Shown: piece after piece, positions 1 to 10,035 of the stretch | How positions within the stretch are numbered: position 1 is the stretch's first letter | Layout: each line of letters begins with the position of its first letter | NCBI RefSeq assembly: GCF_034439495.1 | Contig: NZ_JAWXAM010000045.1 | Length of the DNA stretch: 64,000 nt | Strand: one strand, 5' to 3' | Origin: Terricaulis sp. | GTDB taxonomy: Bacteria > Pseudomonadota > Alphaproteobacteria > Caulobacterales > Aquidulcibacteraceae | Notes under the pieces: model-generated | The model's input: only the letters and a program-made list of their open reading frames with translations | The model's database searches: none | Told to the model about the DNA's origin: nothing | Translations under genes and position numbers: made by a program

Positions 1-1241
1 GCAAATAGCGGCGGCGAACCATCCGGCGCGCGCAGATCGCTGGTCAGTGCAAAGCGTTCGGCGTTGAGCGAGGCCTCTACCGGGCCGGTAAGCCGCACGC
101 GCTGGCCCAGCGCATCGACCTGCTGCGCGTCGAGCGTGCCGCGTATCGCGGTGGTGCCACGGGCGCGGCGAAGCTCGCCTTCCAGCCGTGTCGCGCCAAG
201 CTCGAACGGCGCTTCAAACGCGATGTTGGAGAGCCTTTCGCTGGTTGCTGTGAAGCGGGCAGGCCCGACAAGCTCGCGATTCTCGTCAAGTTCGCCGCTG
301 ATCTCCACGGCCAGAAACGGCGTTTGCGCGCGGGCGCTGAAGGCGCCGACCCGGTCGCCATTGGCGGTGAATTGAGCGCTATCGCCAATCCGGCGCGTCA
401 GCGTTTCAAGGCGGGGCAAAATATCGAACTGAGCTTGGCCGGCCGCTGTCCACGTCGTCGGCGTCCAGCTTGCTTCGCCTTGCAGCAATTGCGCCGCGCC
501 GATCTGCGCTTGATAGCGCGCCGATCCGGTCTGCGCGTTGCCCGTACCTACAGCGGTGGCGCTGATGCCTTCCTCAGCAACGCCAAGCGCGCGCGCGAAG
601 ATGCCGCCTGGCGCGCTCGCGGCGTCGAGGTTGAGCTCGTAGTTCTCATCGGGGCTGTAGGCGACAATCAGACGATCTGCGTCAGAGTCCGTGCGCCGCA
701 ATTCGATGTTGAGCGCATCGACGGATCTATTTTCAAAGGTGAAGCCCAGCTGCGCGGTGAAGGCCGCCGCTTCACCGAAGGCCGCTTCATCGAGAATGAT
801 CTCGTTGACGCGCACATCACTAAGGAAGACGTCAATCGTCGCGCCGCTAGAGGGGCGCTTCTCCAGCAGACGCGGCTGGCGGTGCATCACCAGTGAGTCG
901 ATCTGGCCGGCGCGAATGCGCACGGCGCCGAACAAAATATCTTGCGGCCGCCAATCGAGCGCCAGGTTGCTGGCTTCCAGCCAAACGCCTTCCTCATCTG
1001 CGATGCTGATGCGCTCAGCCCGCAGATTGCCGAGCCAGCTGCCACTCACCCCGTCGACGGTGATGCGCCCCAAGCGCCATACACGCTGGCCGTCTGCGAG
1101 TTCATCAACCACCCACGGCGCCGCCGGTCCGAGCGCGACGAACACGCCGCCTGCGAGCGCAACGCCACTCGCCGCGTAGGCCCACTTGCGCCAGCGCTTA
1201 AGTTTGGGCTTCGGCGCGGCTGGTTCTTCGGGCGCGCTCAT
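1..1241 (-). CDS. tamB: Translocation/assembly module TamB-like protein, N-terminal part (runs off the left edge of the window)
   Basis: Open minus frame from ATG 1241 (TGATG overlap with the tamA stop): MSAPEEPAAPKPKLKRWRKWAYAASGVALAGGVFVALGP..., an N-terminal TM anchor followed by beta-rich sequence. Not in the ORF track because it has no stop inside the window. Directly downstream of tamA. Confidence 0.75.
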   Translation of the reverse strand, partial: MSAPEEPAAPKPKLKRWRKWAYAASGVALAGGVFVALGPAAPWVVDELADGQRVWRLGRITVDGVSGSWLGNLRAERISIADEEGVWLEASNLALDWRPQDILFGAVRIRAGQIDSLVMHRQPRLLEKRPSSGATIDVFLSDVRVNEIILDEAAFGEAAAFTAQLGFTFENRSVDALNIELRRTDSDADRLIVAYSPDENYELNLDAASAPGGIFARALGVAEEGISATAVGTGNAQTGSARYQAQIGAAQLLQGEASWTPTTWTAAGQAQFDILPRLETLTRRIGDSAQFTANGDRVGAFSARAQTPFLAVEISGELDENRELVGPARFTATSERLSNIAFEAPFELGATRLEGELRRARGTTAIRGTLDAQQVDALGQRVRLTGPVEASLNAERFALTSDLRAPDGSPPLF

Positions 1242-3001
1242 CAGAACGCCTGGCCGATGCTGATATAGAGCGCGTAATCATCGCTTGAGAATTCGTCGTC
1301 GAGCGGCACGGCAACGTCAAAACGCAGCGGCGCAAATCCGAGATCGTAGCGCAAGCCAACGCCGACGCCGAAGCTGAGGTCGCCCGCGTCCGCCCAATCA
1401 TCGAACGCCGTACCGCCATCGATGAACGCCACTGCGCCAAGCCGTGACGCAAAGCGCCAGCGCGCTTCGATCGAGCCTTCGACCACGCCTTGGCCGCCAG
1501 GCGTCAGCCCAAGCAGATCGCGTTCAAGCGGGTAAATGGAATTGTATTCATAGCCGCGCACTGAGCCGCCGCCGCCTGCGTAGAAGCGCCGATCCGGCGG
1601 CACATCGTCAGCGCTGCCAGCGACGGCTTCCAGCCACCCGGCGCGGATGCGCGCAGCAAGCGTGAGTGAGTTCTCGCGTCCGAAAGATTCATAACCGCGC
1701 GCCTCCGCTGAAGCACGCACAAAGCCGAGCGTTGCGTCGCCCGAGGAAACGGAGGGTTCCACCCGAAATTCCAGGATCGAACCGTCGAGCGGATCGAGCG
1801 TGAGTTCGGTGGTGTCGTGGCGCAGATTATAAAAGCCGCTGAGCACCACGGCTTCGTTCACGCTGCCCACGAGATCGTCGTACTGGTCTGCAGAGAGCCG
1901 CAAGCCATAGCTGCGGCCAAGACGCAGCCGCGTCGATGCATCGACGTTAGCGTAGAGCGCAAGGCCCTGGCGTGTGTACGCCGCTGGCGCTTCGCGCTCG
2001 GCGCTGACGCCGATCGTGACAGCATGGCCGAGCCCCGCCGCATGCGGGCGGACCAGCGCGACCGAAAGCTCTTGCTGCAATTCGGCCAAAGTGGCGGACG
2101 TGATCAGCGAGTCTGCGCGGCCGGTGAAGTTGCGGCGCGTCCACTGGCCGACGACACCAGCGCCCTCCGTGGTGGAATAGGAGAGGCCGAGTTCGTAGGC
2201 GTTGCGGCGTGCTGGTTCGATTTCGAGGATAACGTCACGCACGCCATTGGCGTTAGGTTCGTCCAATCGCGTGGAAACGCTGGTGACGGCGCCGGTAGAG
2301 CTTAGGTCCCGCCGCAATCGGGTCAGCGCGTCTGGCGAATACGTTTCGCCGTGCCCCCAATTTTGCAGATCGTCGATGAAGCCTGGTCGAAAAATAGTGC
2401 TGGGCTCGGCGCGCACATCGCCGAGATAAGCGCGTGCGCCGGCGTCGAACTGATATGCCGGTGTAACCGAGTTCGCGGCGTGATCGACGACGACGCGCCG
2501 AGGCTGCGCCGCGGCGTCCGGATAGCCGCCGTTGTGCAACGCGGCCAATGCGGTGGCTTCCGCCTCCAACACTGCGCCCGAACGCGCGGGCGCGCCTTCC
2601 GGTACGAGGCTCAGCGCATTGCGTGCTTCCAGATCGGTCGCCGAATCCGGTGTCGCGCCGGCGTAAGCAAGCGATGGATCGGCGAAGCTGAAGCGCTGTC
2701 CTGCTTCAATGATCAGGCGTGCAGCCGGCGGCTCTTCTGTAGCTTCCGGCGTGACCGTGGCGCCGTAATAGCCCTCCGAGCGAAGCCAGACGCGCGCACG
2801 CGCGGCAGCTTCTTCGGCGATGCGCTCCGCGTCGAACAAGCTTGTAGGCCGCTCACGATCGGGCAGGAGATCGCGAATGGTGTCGCGCATGTCCTTGTCG
2901 CCGCCTTCAACGACGACGGGCGAGTCGGCCCACGCTGCCGGCGGCGCCGCAAGAGCGACGGCCGCGGCTAGGGCGGCTGGGAGGACAGGAAATAGGCGCA
3001 T
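1241..3001 (-). CDS. tamA: TamA/Omp85-family outer-membrane assembly protein
   Basis: Signal peptide after MRLFPV (start re-picked), POTRA-like region, Omp85 motif RFYAGGGGSVRGY, C-terminal YISIGQAF. Confidence 0.88.
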   Translation of the reverse strand: MRLFPVLPAALAAAVALAAPPAAWADSPVVVEGGDKDMRDTIRDLLPDRERPTSLFDAERIAEEAAARARVWLRSEGYYGATVTPEATEEPPAARLIIEAGQRFSFADPSLAYAGATPDSATDLEARNALSLVPEGAPARSGAVLEAEATALAALHNGGYPDAAAQPRRVVVDHAANSVTPAYQFDAGARAYLGDVRAEPSTIFRPGFIDDLQNWGHGETYSPDALTRLRRDLSSTGAVTSVSTRLDEPNANGVRDVILEIEPARRNAYELGLSYSTTEGAGVVGQWTRRNFTGRADSLITSATLAELQQELSVALVRPHAAGLGHAVTIGVSAEREAPAAYTRQGLALYANVDASTRLRLGRSYGLRLSADQYDDLVGSVNEAVVLSGFYNLRHDTTELTLDPLDGSILEFRVEPSVSSGDATLGFVRASAEARGYESFGRENSLTLAARIRAGWLEAVAGSADDVPPDRRFYAGGGGSVRGYEYNSIYPLERDLLGLTPGGQGVVEGSIEARWRFASRLGAVAFIDGGTAFDDWADAGDLSFGVGVGLRYDLGFAPLRFDVAVPLDDEFSSDDYALYISIGQAF

Positions 3002-3112
3002 CGCGAGTTGTCGCCAGACTCGCGCCGCGCCGGTTAATGCTTCATCAACCATAGGCTCTGGGCTGCACCCCAGACCCGCACGAAATGTCTCATGAAATCA
3101 GAGACAAAGAAA

Positions 3113-3133
3113 CCGGCAATGGCGCCTTGCCGG
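3113..3133 (-). terminator. Rho-independent terminator after htpX
   Basis: CCGGCAA/TTGCCGG stem with a 7-nt loop, followed on the minus strand by TTTCTTTG; lies 4 bp past the htpX stop. Confidence 0.6.
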
Positions 3134-3136
3134 GGT

Positions 3137-4051
3137 TTAACCCCAGGGGCCGCGTTTGCGCGTCGGCCCGGCACTCCAGGGGCCCGCCGGCGAGGCGTTC
3201 GTTGGCCGCCCGAAACGGCGCGCGAGTTCCATCAACTGGGCGATGCGGTTGCCGGTGTTTGGGTGCGTCGAGAACAAATTGTCGGCGCCGCGGCCGGCCA
3301 GCGGGTTGATGATGAAGAGGTGCGCCATCGCCGGATTGCGCTCGGCGTCCATGTTCACGCGCTGGCGCGCATAGCCCTCGATCTTTTGCAGCGCGCTGGC
3401 CAGTGCTTCGGGCTCGCCGCCGATCTCGGCGCCGATGCGGTCAGCCTCGTATTCGCGCGCGCGGCTGATTGCCATCTGCACCACTGACGCGGCGATCGGC
3501 GCCAGCAGCATAATGAGAATCCCGACAATTGGATTGCGGTCACGGTCACCGAAGAAGAGCGCAAAGTTCGCCAGCATGGCAACGGCGCCGGCGATGGTGG
3601 CGGTCACTGTCATGGTCAGCGTGTCGCGATTTTTAACGTGCGCCAGCTCGTGCGCCATGACGCCGCGAATTTCCTCACGCGTCAACAAGCCCAGCAGGCC
3701 GCTGGTAGCGGCTACGGCGGCGTTTTCCGGGTTGCGCCCGGTGGCGAACGCGTTCGGCTGCGGATTGTCGATGATGTAAATCTTCGGCGCCGGCAGGCCA
3801 GCGCGTTGCGCCAGCGCCAATGTGTCTTGAACGTAAGCCTGCACGCGCGGATCAGAATGTCGCGGATCGACCTCCTGCGCCCGGAAGTGACGCAGCACCA
3901 TTTTGTCGGCGTTCCAATAGGCGAAGATGTTCATGCCGCCCGCGACCAGCAGCGCGATCAGCATGCCGCCGGTGCCGCCCACCAGATATCCGACGCCGCC
4001 AAACAGCGCGGTCATCGCAGCAAGCAGCGTGTACGTCTTGAGATGGTTCAT
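3137..4051 (-). CDS. htpX: Zinc metalloprotease HtpX (M48)
   Basis: [26 protein letters not shown] and LFSTHP motifs; GAGGAG RBS before ATG 4051. Confidence 0.95.
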   Translation of the reverse strand: MNHLKTYTLLAAMTALFGGVGYLVGGTGGMLIALLVAGGMNIFAYWNADKMVLRHFRAQEVDPRHSDPRVQAYVQDTLALAQRAGLPAPKIYIIDNPQPNAFATGRNPENAAVAATSGLLGLLTREEIRGVMAHELAHVKNRDTLTMTVTATIAGAVAMLANFALFFGDRDRNPIVGILIMLLAPIAASVVQMAISRAREYEADRIGAEIGGEPEALASALQKIEGYARQRVNMDAERNPAMAHLFIINPLAGRGADNLFSTHPNTGNRIAQLMELARRFGRPTNASPAGPWSAGPTRKRGPWG

Positions 4052-4104
4052 CGCACTCCTCACGTCTCGGAACTATGATATTGAAATCGCCGGAGCCCGA
4101 TTCA

Positions 4105-4284
4105 ATGAGTGAGAACAGCGACGTTCCGCGGAAATTGACGCCGGAGGCGGAGCGCGCACTGGCCGAGGCCGCGGCGCGCCGGGCGGAGGCCGAGAAGCTC
4201 GCGACGGAACATGGCGGCCCGTCCGGCCCGGAGCCGACGCGTTACGGCGACTGGGAACGCAAAGGCATCGCGACCGACTTTTGA
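4105..4284 (+). CDS. DUF1674 / SdhAF4-like small protein
   Basis: Diagnostic C-terminus GGPSGPEPTRYGDWERKGIATDF; divergent from htpX. Confidence 0.9.
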   Translation: MSENSDVPRKLTPEAERALAEAAARRAEAEKLATEHGGPSGPEPTRYGDWERKGIATDF

Positions 4285-4387
4285 TTAACGGCCAGCACGC
4301 GCGGGCGAAGTTCGCGCGCCGGTGGCGAAGCTGCTTCACGCCTGTTCGGACCTGCGCAAGAGTGCGTCGTTAAGGTGGAGAAGCCGC

Positions 4388-4786
4388 ATGCGCGCGCTCG
4401 TATTGTTTGCCGCTCTGGCGTTGGTCGCCGCTCCGGTGCTGGCGATCCCAAGCGTTGCCTACGCCGATGGCATCGAGCGTCCGCAGCAACCGCGCCCGCG
4501 GCCACGTCCGCGCCCCGCGCCGCCGCGTGAAGCGCCGCCGCCGGCGCCCCTGCCGCTCGCGCCGCAGGGCCCCGAGGAAGTGACGCTGTCACAATCCTTC
4601 TTCGCCGGTGCAGGTGGCGGGGTGGGCGTCGATGTCGCAGCCTCCAGCTATTACTCAAGCACGACCGTGGTGATCCGCGGCGGCCACGCGCAGGCCTCGG
4701 CCTTCGCTTATGCCTCGGCCCGCGCGGGCGCGCGCAGCGGCGGCTGGGGCCGCGGCGGCGGGCATGGCGGGTGCGGTTGCCGTTAA
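4388..4786 (+). CDS. Secreted Pro-rich/Gly-rich hypothetical protein
   Basis: Signal peptide MRALVLFAALALVAAP, (PR)n/PAPP tract, Gly-rich tail ending CGCR. Confidence 0.6.
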   Translation: MRALVLFAALALVAAPVLAIPSVAYADGIERPQQPRPRPRPRPAPPREAPPPAPLPLAPQGPEEVTLSQSFFAGAGGGVGVDVAASSYYSSTTVVIRGGHAQASAFAYASARAGARSGGWGRGGGHGGCGCR

Positions 4787-4907
4787 GGCGCCGCCGCTAA
4801 CCAAAGCACAAGGCCTCCAGGCGCATGCATTTGCCCCACTAGGTGAAAGGGCGTAAACGCGCGGCCCGGGTGCGGGCCCAATCCGCCGCCCAATAGGGGA
4901 ATTCTTT

Positions 4908-6857
4908 ATGGCGCAGGCCCCAGCCGAAGCGCCCCAACCGAATGCGTCTTCAAACGGTGGCGACAGTGGTGGTCGCGGCCGCGCCGTTGCGCACGGCGGT
5001 TTTTGGACGCTGTTGATTGGGTCAGTTGGCGTCGTTTACGGCGACATCGGCACGAGCCCGCTTTATGCGCTGCGCGAGTGCCTGCGCATTGTCACTGGAG
5101 ATTTTGCGCGCGCGCCTGAGCGCGGTGAAGTGATCGGCATCGTCTCGCTCATTTTCTGGGCGCTGATTATCGTCGTTACGATCAAGTCCGTCTTTCTGCT
5201 GCTCAGGTTCGACAACAAGGGCGAGGGCGGCACGCTTTCGCTTATGGCGCTGGTGCGCAAGGCGTTCGCGAAGCCTTCGGCGCTTCTGCTCGGCGCCGGG
5301 ATGCTCGGCGCATCCTTGTTCTACGCTGACGCGCTCATCACGCCTGCGATCTCCGTTATCTCGTCAGTCGAGGGCCTGAAAGTCGTCCCCGGCATCGGCG
5401 CCTACATCGAGCCATGGGTGCTGCCGATCAGCATCGTGATTCTGATCGGTCTGTTCTTTGTGCAGAGCCGCGGCACAGCCAAGATCGGCGCCTTGTTCGG
5501 GCCAATCACTCTGGTTTGGTTCTTGGTGATGGCCGCGCTCGGCCTGCTTCATATCTCGGACGATCCCGAGATCGTCGGCGCATTGTCGCCGCTGCCGGCG
5601 CTGAATTTCTTCTTCACGCATGCAGGTCTTTCTTTCGTCGTGCTTGGCGCGGTGTTCCTTTCGGTGACAGGCGCTGAGGCTCTCTACGCTGACATGGGCC
5701 ACTTCGGCCGCAAGCCGATCAGCAGGGCGTGGGTGTTCATCATCCTGCCTTGCCTGACGCTGAATTATTTGGGCCAGGGCGCGCTGGCGCTCGCGCATCC
5801 CGAAACGATCGACAATCTCTTCTTCATGCTCGCGCCGGATTGGGCGCGGCTGCCTGTCGTGCTGCTGGCGACGATGGCGACGATCATTGCGAGCCAAGCC
5901 GTCATCACCGGTGCGTTCTCGATTACCCAGCAAGCCATTCAGCTTGGCATTCTGCCGCGCATGGAAATTCGCCGCACATCAGAGACGCAGGCCGGCCAAA
6001 TTTTCATGCCGCAAGTCAACTGGCTGATGCTCGCGGGCGTGTTGATCCTGGCGCTGGCGTTTGGCTCCTCAAGCCGTCTCGCCGCTGCGTATGGCATTGC
6101 TGTTTCGGGTGAGATGCTTGTGTCGACGGTCCTGGTGTTCTTCGCCATCTGGAAATTGTGGAAGCGCCCGGTGTGGTTGGCGGCGCTGATCTGCGTTCCA
6201 TTCGCGCTGATCGAGCTGACGTTCTTTTCGTCCAACATGCTGAAAGTGTGGAGCGGCGGCTTTGTGCCGATCATGCTGGCGCTTGGCCTTGTGCTCATCA
6301 TGTGGACGTGGGTGCGTGGCACCCGGCTGCTGCAGGAAACCGTGCGGCGCGATGAACCGCTCGCAAAATTGTTCGAGACGCTCTCGCACCATCCGCCGCA
6401 TCGCGTGCGCGGCGCCGCTATCTTTTTGACCGGCGATCCGGAAGTCGCGCCGGCTGCGCTCATGCACAATCTGAAGCACAATCAGGTGCTGCACGAGCAG
6501 CTGATCATCCTGACCGTGAAAACGATCAACGCGCCGCGGGCGCCGGAAGGCGAGCGCGTCAAGGTCGAAGATTTCTTGCCTGACGTGAAGCGGGTGACGC
6601 TCACCTTCGGCTTCATGGAAACGCCGAACGTCGTCAAAGCGCTAACCGAGGCGCGCAAGCACGGCCTGAAGTTCGACATCATGAAGACGAGCTTCTTCCT
6701 CTCGCGCCGCACGATCGTGCCAAGCGAACGAAGCGGCATGCCGCTTTGGCAGGATCACCTCTTCATCTTCCTGGCCCGCAACGCCACTAACGCGACAGAC
6801 TTCTTTCACATCCCGTCCGGCCGGGCGGTCGAGTTAGGCAACCAGGTAATGGTCTAA
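4908..6857 (+). CDS. kup: KUP/HAK/KT potassium transporter
   Basis: GVVYGDIGTSPLY, GEGGT and EALYADMGHFG motifs; multiple TM helices plus the C-terminal cytoplasmic domain. Confidence 0.97.
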   Translation: MAQAPAEAPQPNASSNGGDSGGRGRAVAHGGFWTLLIGSVGVVYGDIGTSPLYALRECLRIVTGDFARAPERGEVIGIVSLIFWALIIVVTIKSVFLLLRFDNKGEGGTLSLMALVRKAFAKPSALLLGAGMLGASLFYADALITPAISVISSVEGLKVVPGIGAYIEPWVLPISIVILIGLFFVQSRGTAKIGALFGPITLVWFLVMAALGLLHISDDPEIVGALSPLPALNFFFTHAGLSFVVLGAVFLSVTGAEALYADMGHFGRKPISRAWVFIILPCLTLNYLGQGALALAHPETIDNLFFMLAPDWARLPVVLLATMATIIASQAVITGAFSITQQAIQLGILPRMEIRRTSETQAGQIFMPQVNWLMLAGVLILALAFGSSSRLAAAYGIAVSGEMLVSTVLVFFAIWKLWKRPVWLAALICVPFALIELTFFSSNMLKVWSGGFVPIMLALGLVLIMWTWVRGTRLLQETVRRDEPLAKLFETLSHHPPHRVRGAAIFLTGDPEVAPAALMHNLKHNQVLHEQLIILTVKTINAPRAPEGERVKVEDFLPDVKRVTLTFGFMETPNVVKALTEARKHGLKFDIMKTSFFLSRRTIVPSERSGMPLWQDHLFIFLARNATNATDFFHIPSGRAVELGNQVMV

Positions 6858-6880
6858 ACAAGATGTGCTAACCTAAGGGC

Positions 6881-7177
6881 ATGGCGCTCGCTTGGCTCCT
6901 CATAGGCGTTATGCTCTTGCTTTCGGGCGCGGCGTTTATTGCGTCACCGAGTGGCGTCAGATTGCCGATGCAGTGGGGCCTCAATGGACGCCCGACGTGG
7001 CGCGCGCCGCGTTTGATGGCGGTGCTGTTTGCGCCGGCGCTCGCAACCGCCATTCTCTTGATCACTTCTTCATTCGCCGCGAATGCGCATTGGGTAGCGA
7101 TGTCGGTGGCGGCGATCTTCGTCGTCGTACACGCGGGCCATTTGTATTTTGCCCTGCGCGACGTCAGACGGCCCTAG
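6881..7177 (+). CDS. Small membrane protein, DUF1648/SdpI-like
   Basis: LPMQWGLNGRPTW resembles the P-x-H/Q-W-x-x-x-G-x-P motif; about three hydrophobic segments. Confidence 0.6.
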   Translation: MALAWLLIGVMLLLSGAAFIASPSGVRLPMQWGLNGRPTWRAPRLMAVLFAPALATAILLITSSFAANAHWVAMSVAAIFVVVHAGHLYFALRDVRRP

Positions 7178-8052
7178 CGGTAAAGATAGTTCGCCGGCAG
7201 CCCCAAGCGCATGCACGCTTGCGCCGGCGGGGCTTCGTCGAGCACGAACCGCTCTGAAATCGCGCCAATCGCGCGCAGCAACGTCGCTTCGCCACGCCGC
7301 AAACCGCATTCGCGTCCGAGTCCAAGCAGATCGCGCGCCCAAGCCGGCGTGATCTCGACAGCAGCGCGGATCATCATGCGCTGCACCCCGCGCAGCGGCA
7401 GGATCGGCGCGCTGCGGACAATGTCGAGAAACTCAAACACGATGTCGGAGCGTTCGAGCTTCAACCGCATCTGATCGAAATATGCCTCCATCGCCGCTGC
7501 CGATTTCGGCACGCCGATAGCGCCGTAGAGCGCGGCTGCTTCGGCGCCTTCTGCATAAACAGCGTCCAACTCCTCTGCCGCCAGGGGCCGCACGAAGCGA
7601 CTATAGGCTTCAAAGAAGCCAAAGCCGGCGGTGGCTTGCACCCAGTTCAGAAGCTCCTCGTCATTGGCGCGATACGGAATGCCGGTGGGCGTCAGGCCTT
7701 CAACGCGTTCATGCCCGCGCACCACGCCGGCGATCATCGCCCGGGCGGTGTCGGCCGGCGCGTAAATCGTCACCCACGCGGCATAGCCCGTGCGCCGCAT
7801 GCGCGTGACGGGATCGCGGCGAAAGCTGGTGTGTTCCCAGACCCCGGTGCGCACGCGCGGCTCGGCCAGTTCGAGGATCACCGCCGCTATCCCGCCGACG
7901 ATCAGCGCGACCGGGTTCTTCATCACACGCCAGGTGGTGGAGTCCGGCGCAAACAAGGCCGGCGCGCCGGCAGGCGCACTGAAATTCACCGGGCGCATGC
8001 CGGGCGGCGGTGCGATGTAATCGCGTAACAGTCGATCCAAGTTGCGGCGCAT
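7174..8052 (-). CDS. Oxygenase MpaB / DUF2236 family protein
   Basis: LELAEPRVRTGVWEHTSFRRDP, HERVEG and YRANDEELLNWVQAT pattern. Confidence 0.85.
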   Translation of the reverse strand: MRRNLDRLLRDYIAPPPGMRPVNFSAPAGAPALFAPDSTTWRVMKNPVALIVGGIAAVILELAEPRVRTGVWEHTSFRRDPVTRMRRTGYAAWVTIYAPADTARAMIAGVVRGHERVEGLTPTGIPYRANDEELLNWVQATAGFGFFEAYSRFVRPLAAEELDAVYAEGAEAAALYGAIGVPKSAAAMEAYFDQMRLKLERSDIVFEFLDIVRSAPILPLRGVQRMMIRAAVEITPAWARDLLGLGRECGLRRGEATLLRAIGAISERFVLDEAPPAQACMRLGLPANYLYR

Positions 8053-8092
8053 GGGTGTGAAACCTTACCATGCCAACGCTGAAAGGAGCATC

Positions 8093-9031
8093 GTGTCCGC
8101 ACCCGACCTTACGTCATTGCAGCAGCGCGCCGTCGGCGGCGACGCGCGCGCGCAATATGAGCTGGGCGCGATGCTGCTCGTCGGACGCGGTGCGCCGTGG
8201 GCGCCACAGCAGGCCTACAAGTTGATCGACGCGGCGGCCGCGCAGAACCAGGCGGACGCGCTGCGCCTGTCCTCGGTGCTTTCGGCGCTAGGTGAGGGGC
8301 GCGCGCAGGATTGGTCGCAGGCGCATGGGCTTGTTGTTCGCGCCGCCGACGCCGGCGACGCGCGCGCGCAGCGCGAGCTCGCCGTTCTCGGCGCGTCGTT
8401 CGATGCGCAAGCTTGGCTCACGCCGCCGGGGCCAGCGCAACACTTCGATGCGCCACGCGTGCTGACGTTCGAAAAATTTATCTCGCCGGCAGCCTGTGAT
8501 TGGATTCGCGCCCTCGCTGCGCCGCGCCTTGAGGCTGCGCGCGTGAAGAACCCGGAGCGCGGCGGCGCCAATTCCGATCAGTACCGCAGCAATACCGGCA
8601 TGGGTTTGAGTGTGCTCGATACCGATCTCGTGGTGCAGCTCACGCACGCGCGCATCGCCAACGCTATCGGCGTGCCTGTGGCGCAGCAGGAGCCAACCAA
8701 CGTCCTGCACTACGAACCCGGACAGGAATACAAACCGCATTTCGACTTTATCGATCCCGGCGTCGCACACTTCGCGCAAGAAGTTCAGCGCCTCGGCCAG
8801 CGCACGGTTACCTTCCTAATCTATCTCAACGACGATTACGAAGGCGGCGCGACGGCGTTTCCGCGGCTTGATTGGAGCTTCAAAGGCAAGAAGGGCGATG
8901 CGCTGGCGTTCTGGAACGTCACCGATGGCCGCCCCGATCCGCGCACGCTGCACGCCGGCACGCCGACGACCAACGGCGTCAAATGGCTGTTCTCAAAATG
9001 GGTGCGCGATCGCGCCCTGCCTTTGGTTTGA
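8093..9031 (+). CDS. Sel1-like repeat + prolyl-4-hydroxylase-like 2OG-Fe(II) oxygenase (copy 1)
   Basis: GDARAQYELG Sel1-like start; YKPHFDF (HxD), LHAG, KWLFSKW. GTG start after an AAGGAG RBS. Confidence 0.85.
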   Translation: MSAPDLTSLQQRAVGGDARAQYELGAMLLVGRGAPWAPQQAYKLIDAAAAQNQADALRLSSVLSALGEGRAQDWSQAHGLVVRAADAGDARAQRELAVLGASFDAQAWLTPPGPAQHFDAPRVLTFEKFISPAACDWIRALAAPRLEAARVKNPERGGANSDQYRSNTGMGLSVLDTDLVVQLTHARIANAIGVPVAQQEPTNVLHYEPGQEYKPHFDFIDPGVAHFAQEVQRLGQRTVTFLIYLNDDYEGGATAFPRLDWSFKGKKGDALAFWNVTDGRPDPRTLHAGTPTTNGVKWLFSKWVRDRALPLV

Positions 9032-9056
9032 GCATCGAGAGGGCTACGGATAGCAG

Positions 9057-10004
9057 ATGACGGTCACCATCGAATCACTGAAGGACGCCGCGGCATCAGG
9101 CGATCCGCGGTCGCAATTCCGGTACGCACGTGAGCTGCTGATCGGCACGCGCGTGCGATATGATTCAGAAACCGCGCTGAGGCTAGTCGAGGCAGCTTGC
9201 AGCGCACGCTATCCGCAGGCCCTGCTGTTTCACGCTACGCTCGCTGCGCTGGGCTTTGGACGCAGCCAGAGTTTCGAGGACGCTCTGGGCTTTGTGGAGC
9301 AGGCCGCGGCTCTCGGCGATGCCCGTGCTCAGGGCCAACTCGCCGCTCTGGGCGGGCGAGAGGGGTTTCGCGCGGAAAACTGGCTCGCATTGCCGAGCTT
9401 GCAGAAGCATCATGACGCGCCGAGGATATTTACCGTCGAGAGCTTTTTGTCGCGCGATGCTTGCGCGTGGCTGATTGATCAAACGCGAAGGCGCCTTATC
9501 CCGGCGAAGGTGAAGGATCCGGCTCAAGGCGGATCCGGATTCGCGAATTATCGGAGCAATAGCGGCGCAGGATTCAGTTCGATCGAATCCGATCTGGTTG
9601 TTCAGATGACCAATCTGCGTATTGCAACGGTCATGAACCTGCCGATCGCGAACCAGGAGCCTACGAATGTGCTCCACTACGCGCCGGGCCAAGAGTATCG
9701 CCCGCACTTTGATTTTGTGACCCCAGACGAGGCCCCGGCTTTTCAACGCGAGTTGGCGAGTGTCGGGCAGCGCGTCGCCACAGTACTCATTTATCTCAAC
9801 GACGATTACGAAGGCGGCGAGACTCACTTCCCGCGGCTGAATTTTCGCTATCGGGGCGCAACTGGTGACGCGTTGATCTTCTGGAATTTGTCCGCCACCG
9901 GGCAGTTGGAGCGCCAGTCGCTGCACGCCGGAGTTCCAGTGGTGGCTGGAGAAAAATGGATTCTGTCAAAGTGGATTCGCGAGCGACCGTTTCCGCTGGT
10001 CTGA
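9057..10004 (+). CDS. Sel1-like repeat + prolyl-4-hydroxylase-like 2OG-Fe(II) oxygenase (copy 2)
   Basis: YRPHFDF, LHAG, KWILSKW; N-terminal GDPRSQF Sel1-like repeat. Confidence 0.85.
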   Translation: MTVTIESLKDAAASGDPRSQFRYARELLIGTRVRYDSETALRLVEAACSARYPQALLFHATLAALGFGRSQSFEDALGFVEQAAALGDARAQGQLAALGGREGFRAENWLALPSLQKHHDAPRIFTVESFLSRDACAWLIDQTRRRLIPAKVKDPAQGGSGFANYRSNSGAGFSSIESDLVVQMTNLRIATVMNLPIANQEPTNVLHYAPGQEYRPHFDFVTPDEAPAFQRELASVGQRVATVLIYLNDDYEGGETHFPRLNFRYRGATGDALIFWNLSATGQLERQSLHAGVPVVAGEKWILSKWIRERPFPLV

Positions 10005-10035
10005 TTTCTATTTAAGTTGAGTTTGCAAAACACTG

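Noticed and set aside
64-1268. Several plus-strand ORFs (e.g. 324-896, 691-1179)
   Set aside because: Antisense shadows of the tamB frame, which the track missed because it has no stop inside the window. The same applies to most Arg/Ala-rich ORFs overlapping real genes across this high-GC window (e.g. 10814-11962, 30609-31691, 40697-41851, 60464-61756).
4490-4560. CCGCG(C/G)-type short tandem repeats
   Set aside because: They encode the Pro-Arg tract of the secreted protein; not a CRISPR array or VNTR. No CRISPR array or cas gene was seen anywhere in the window.
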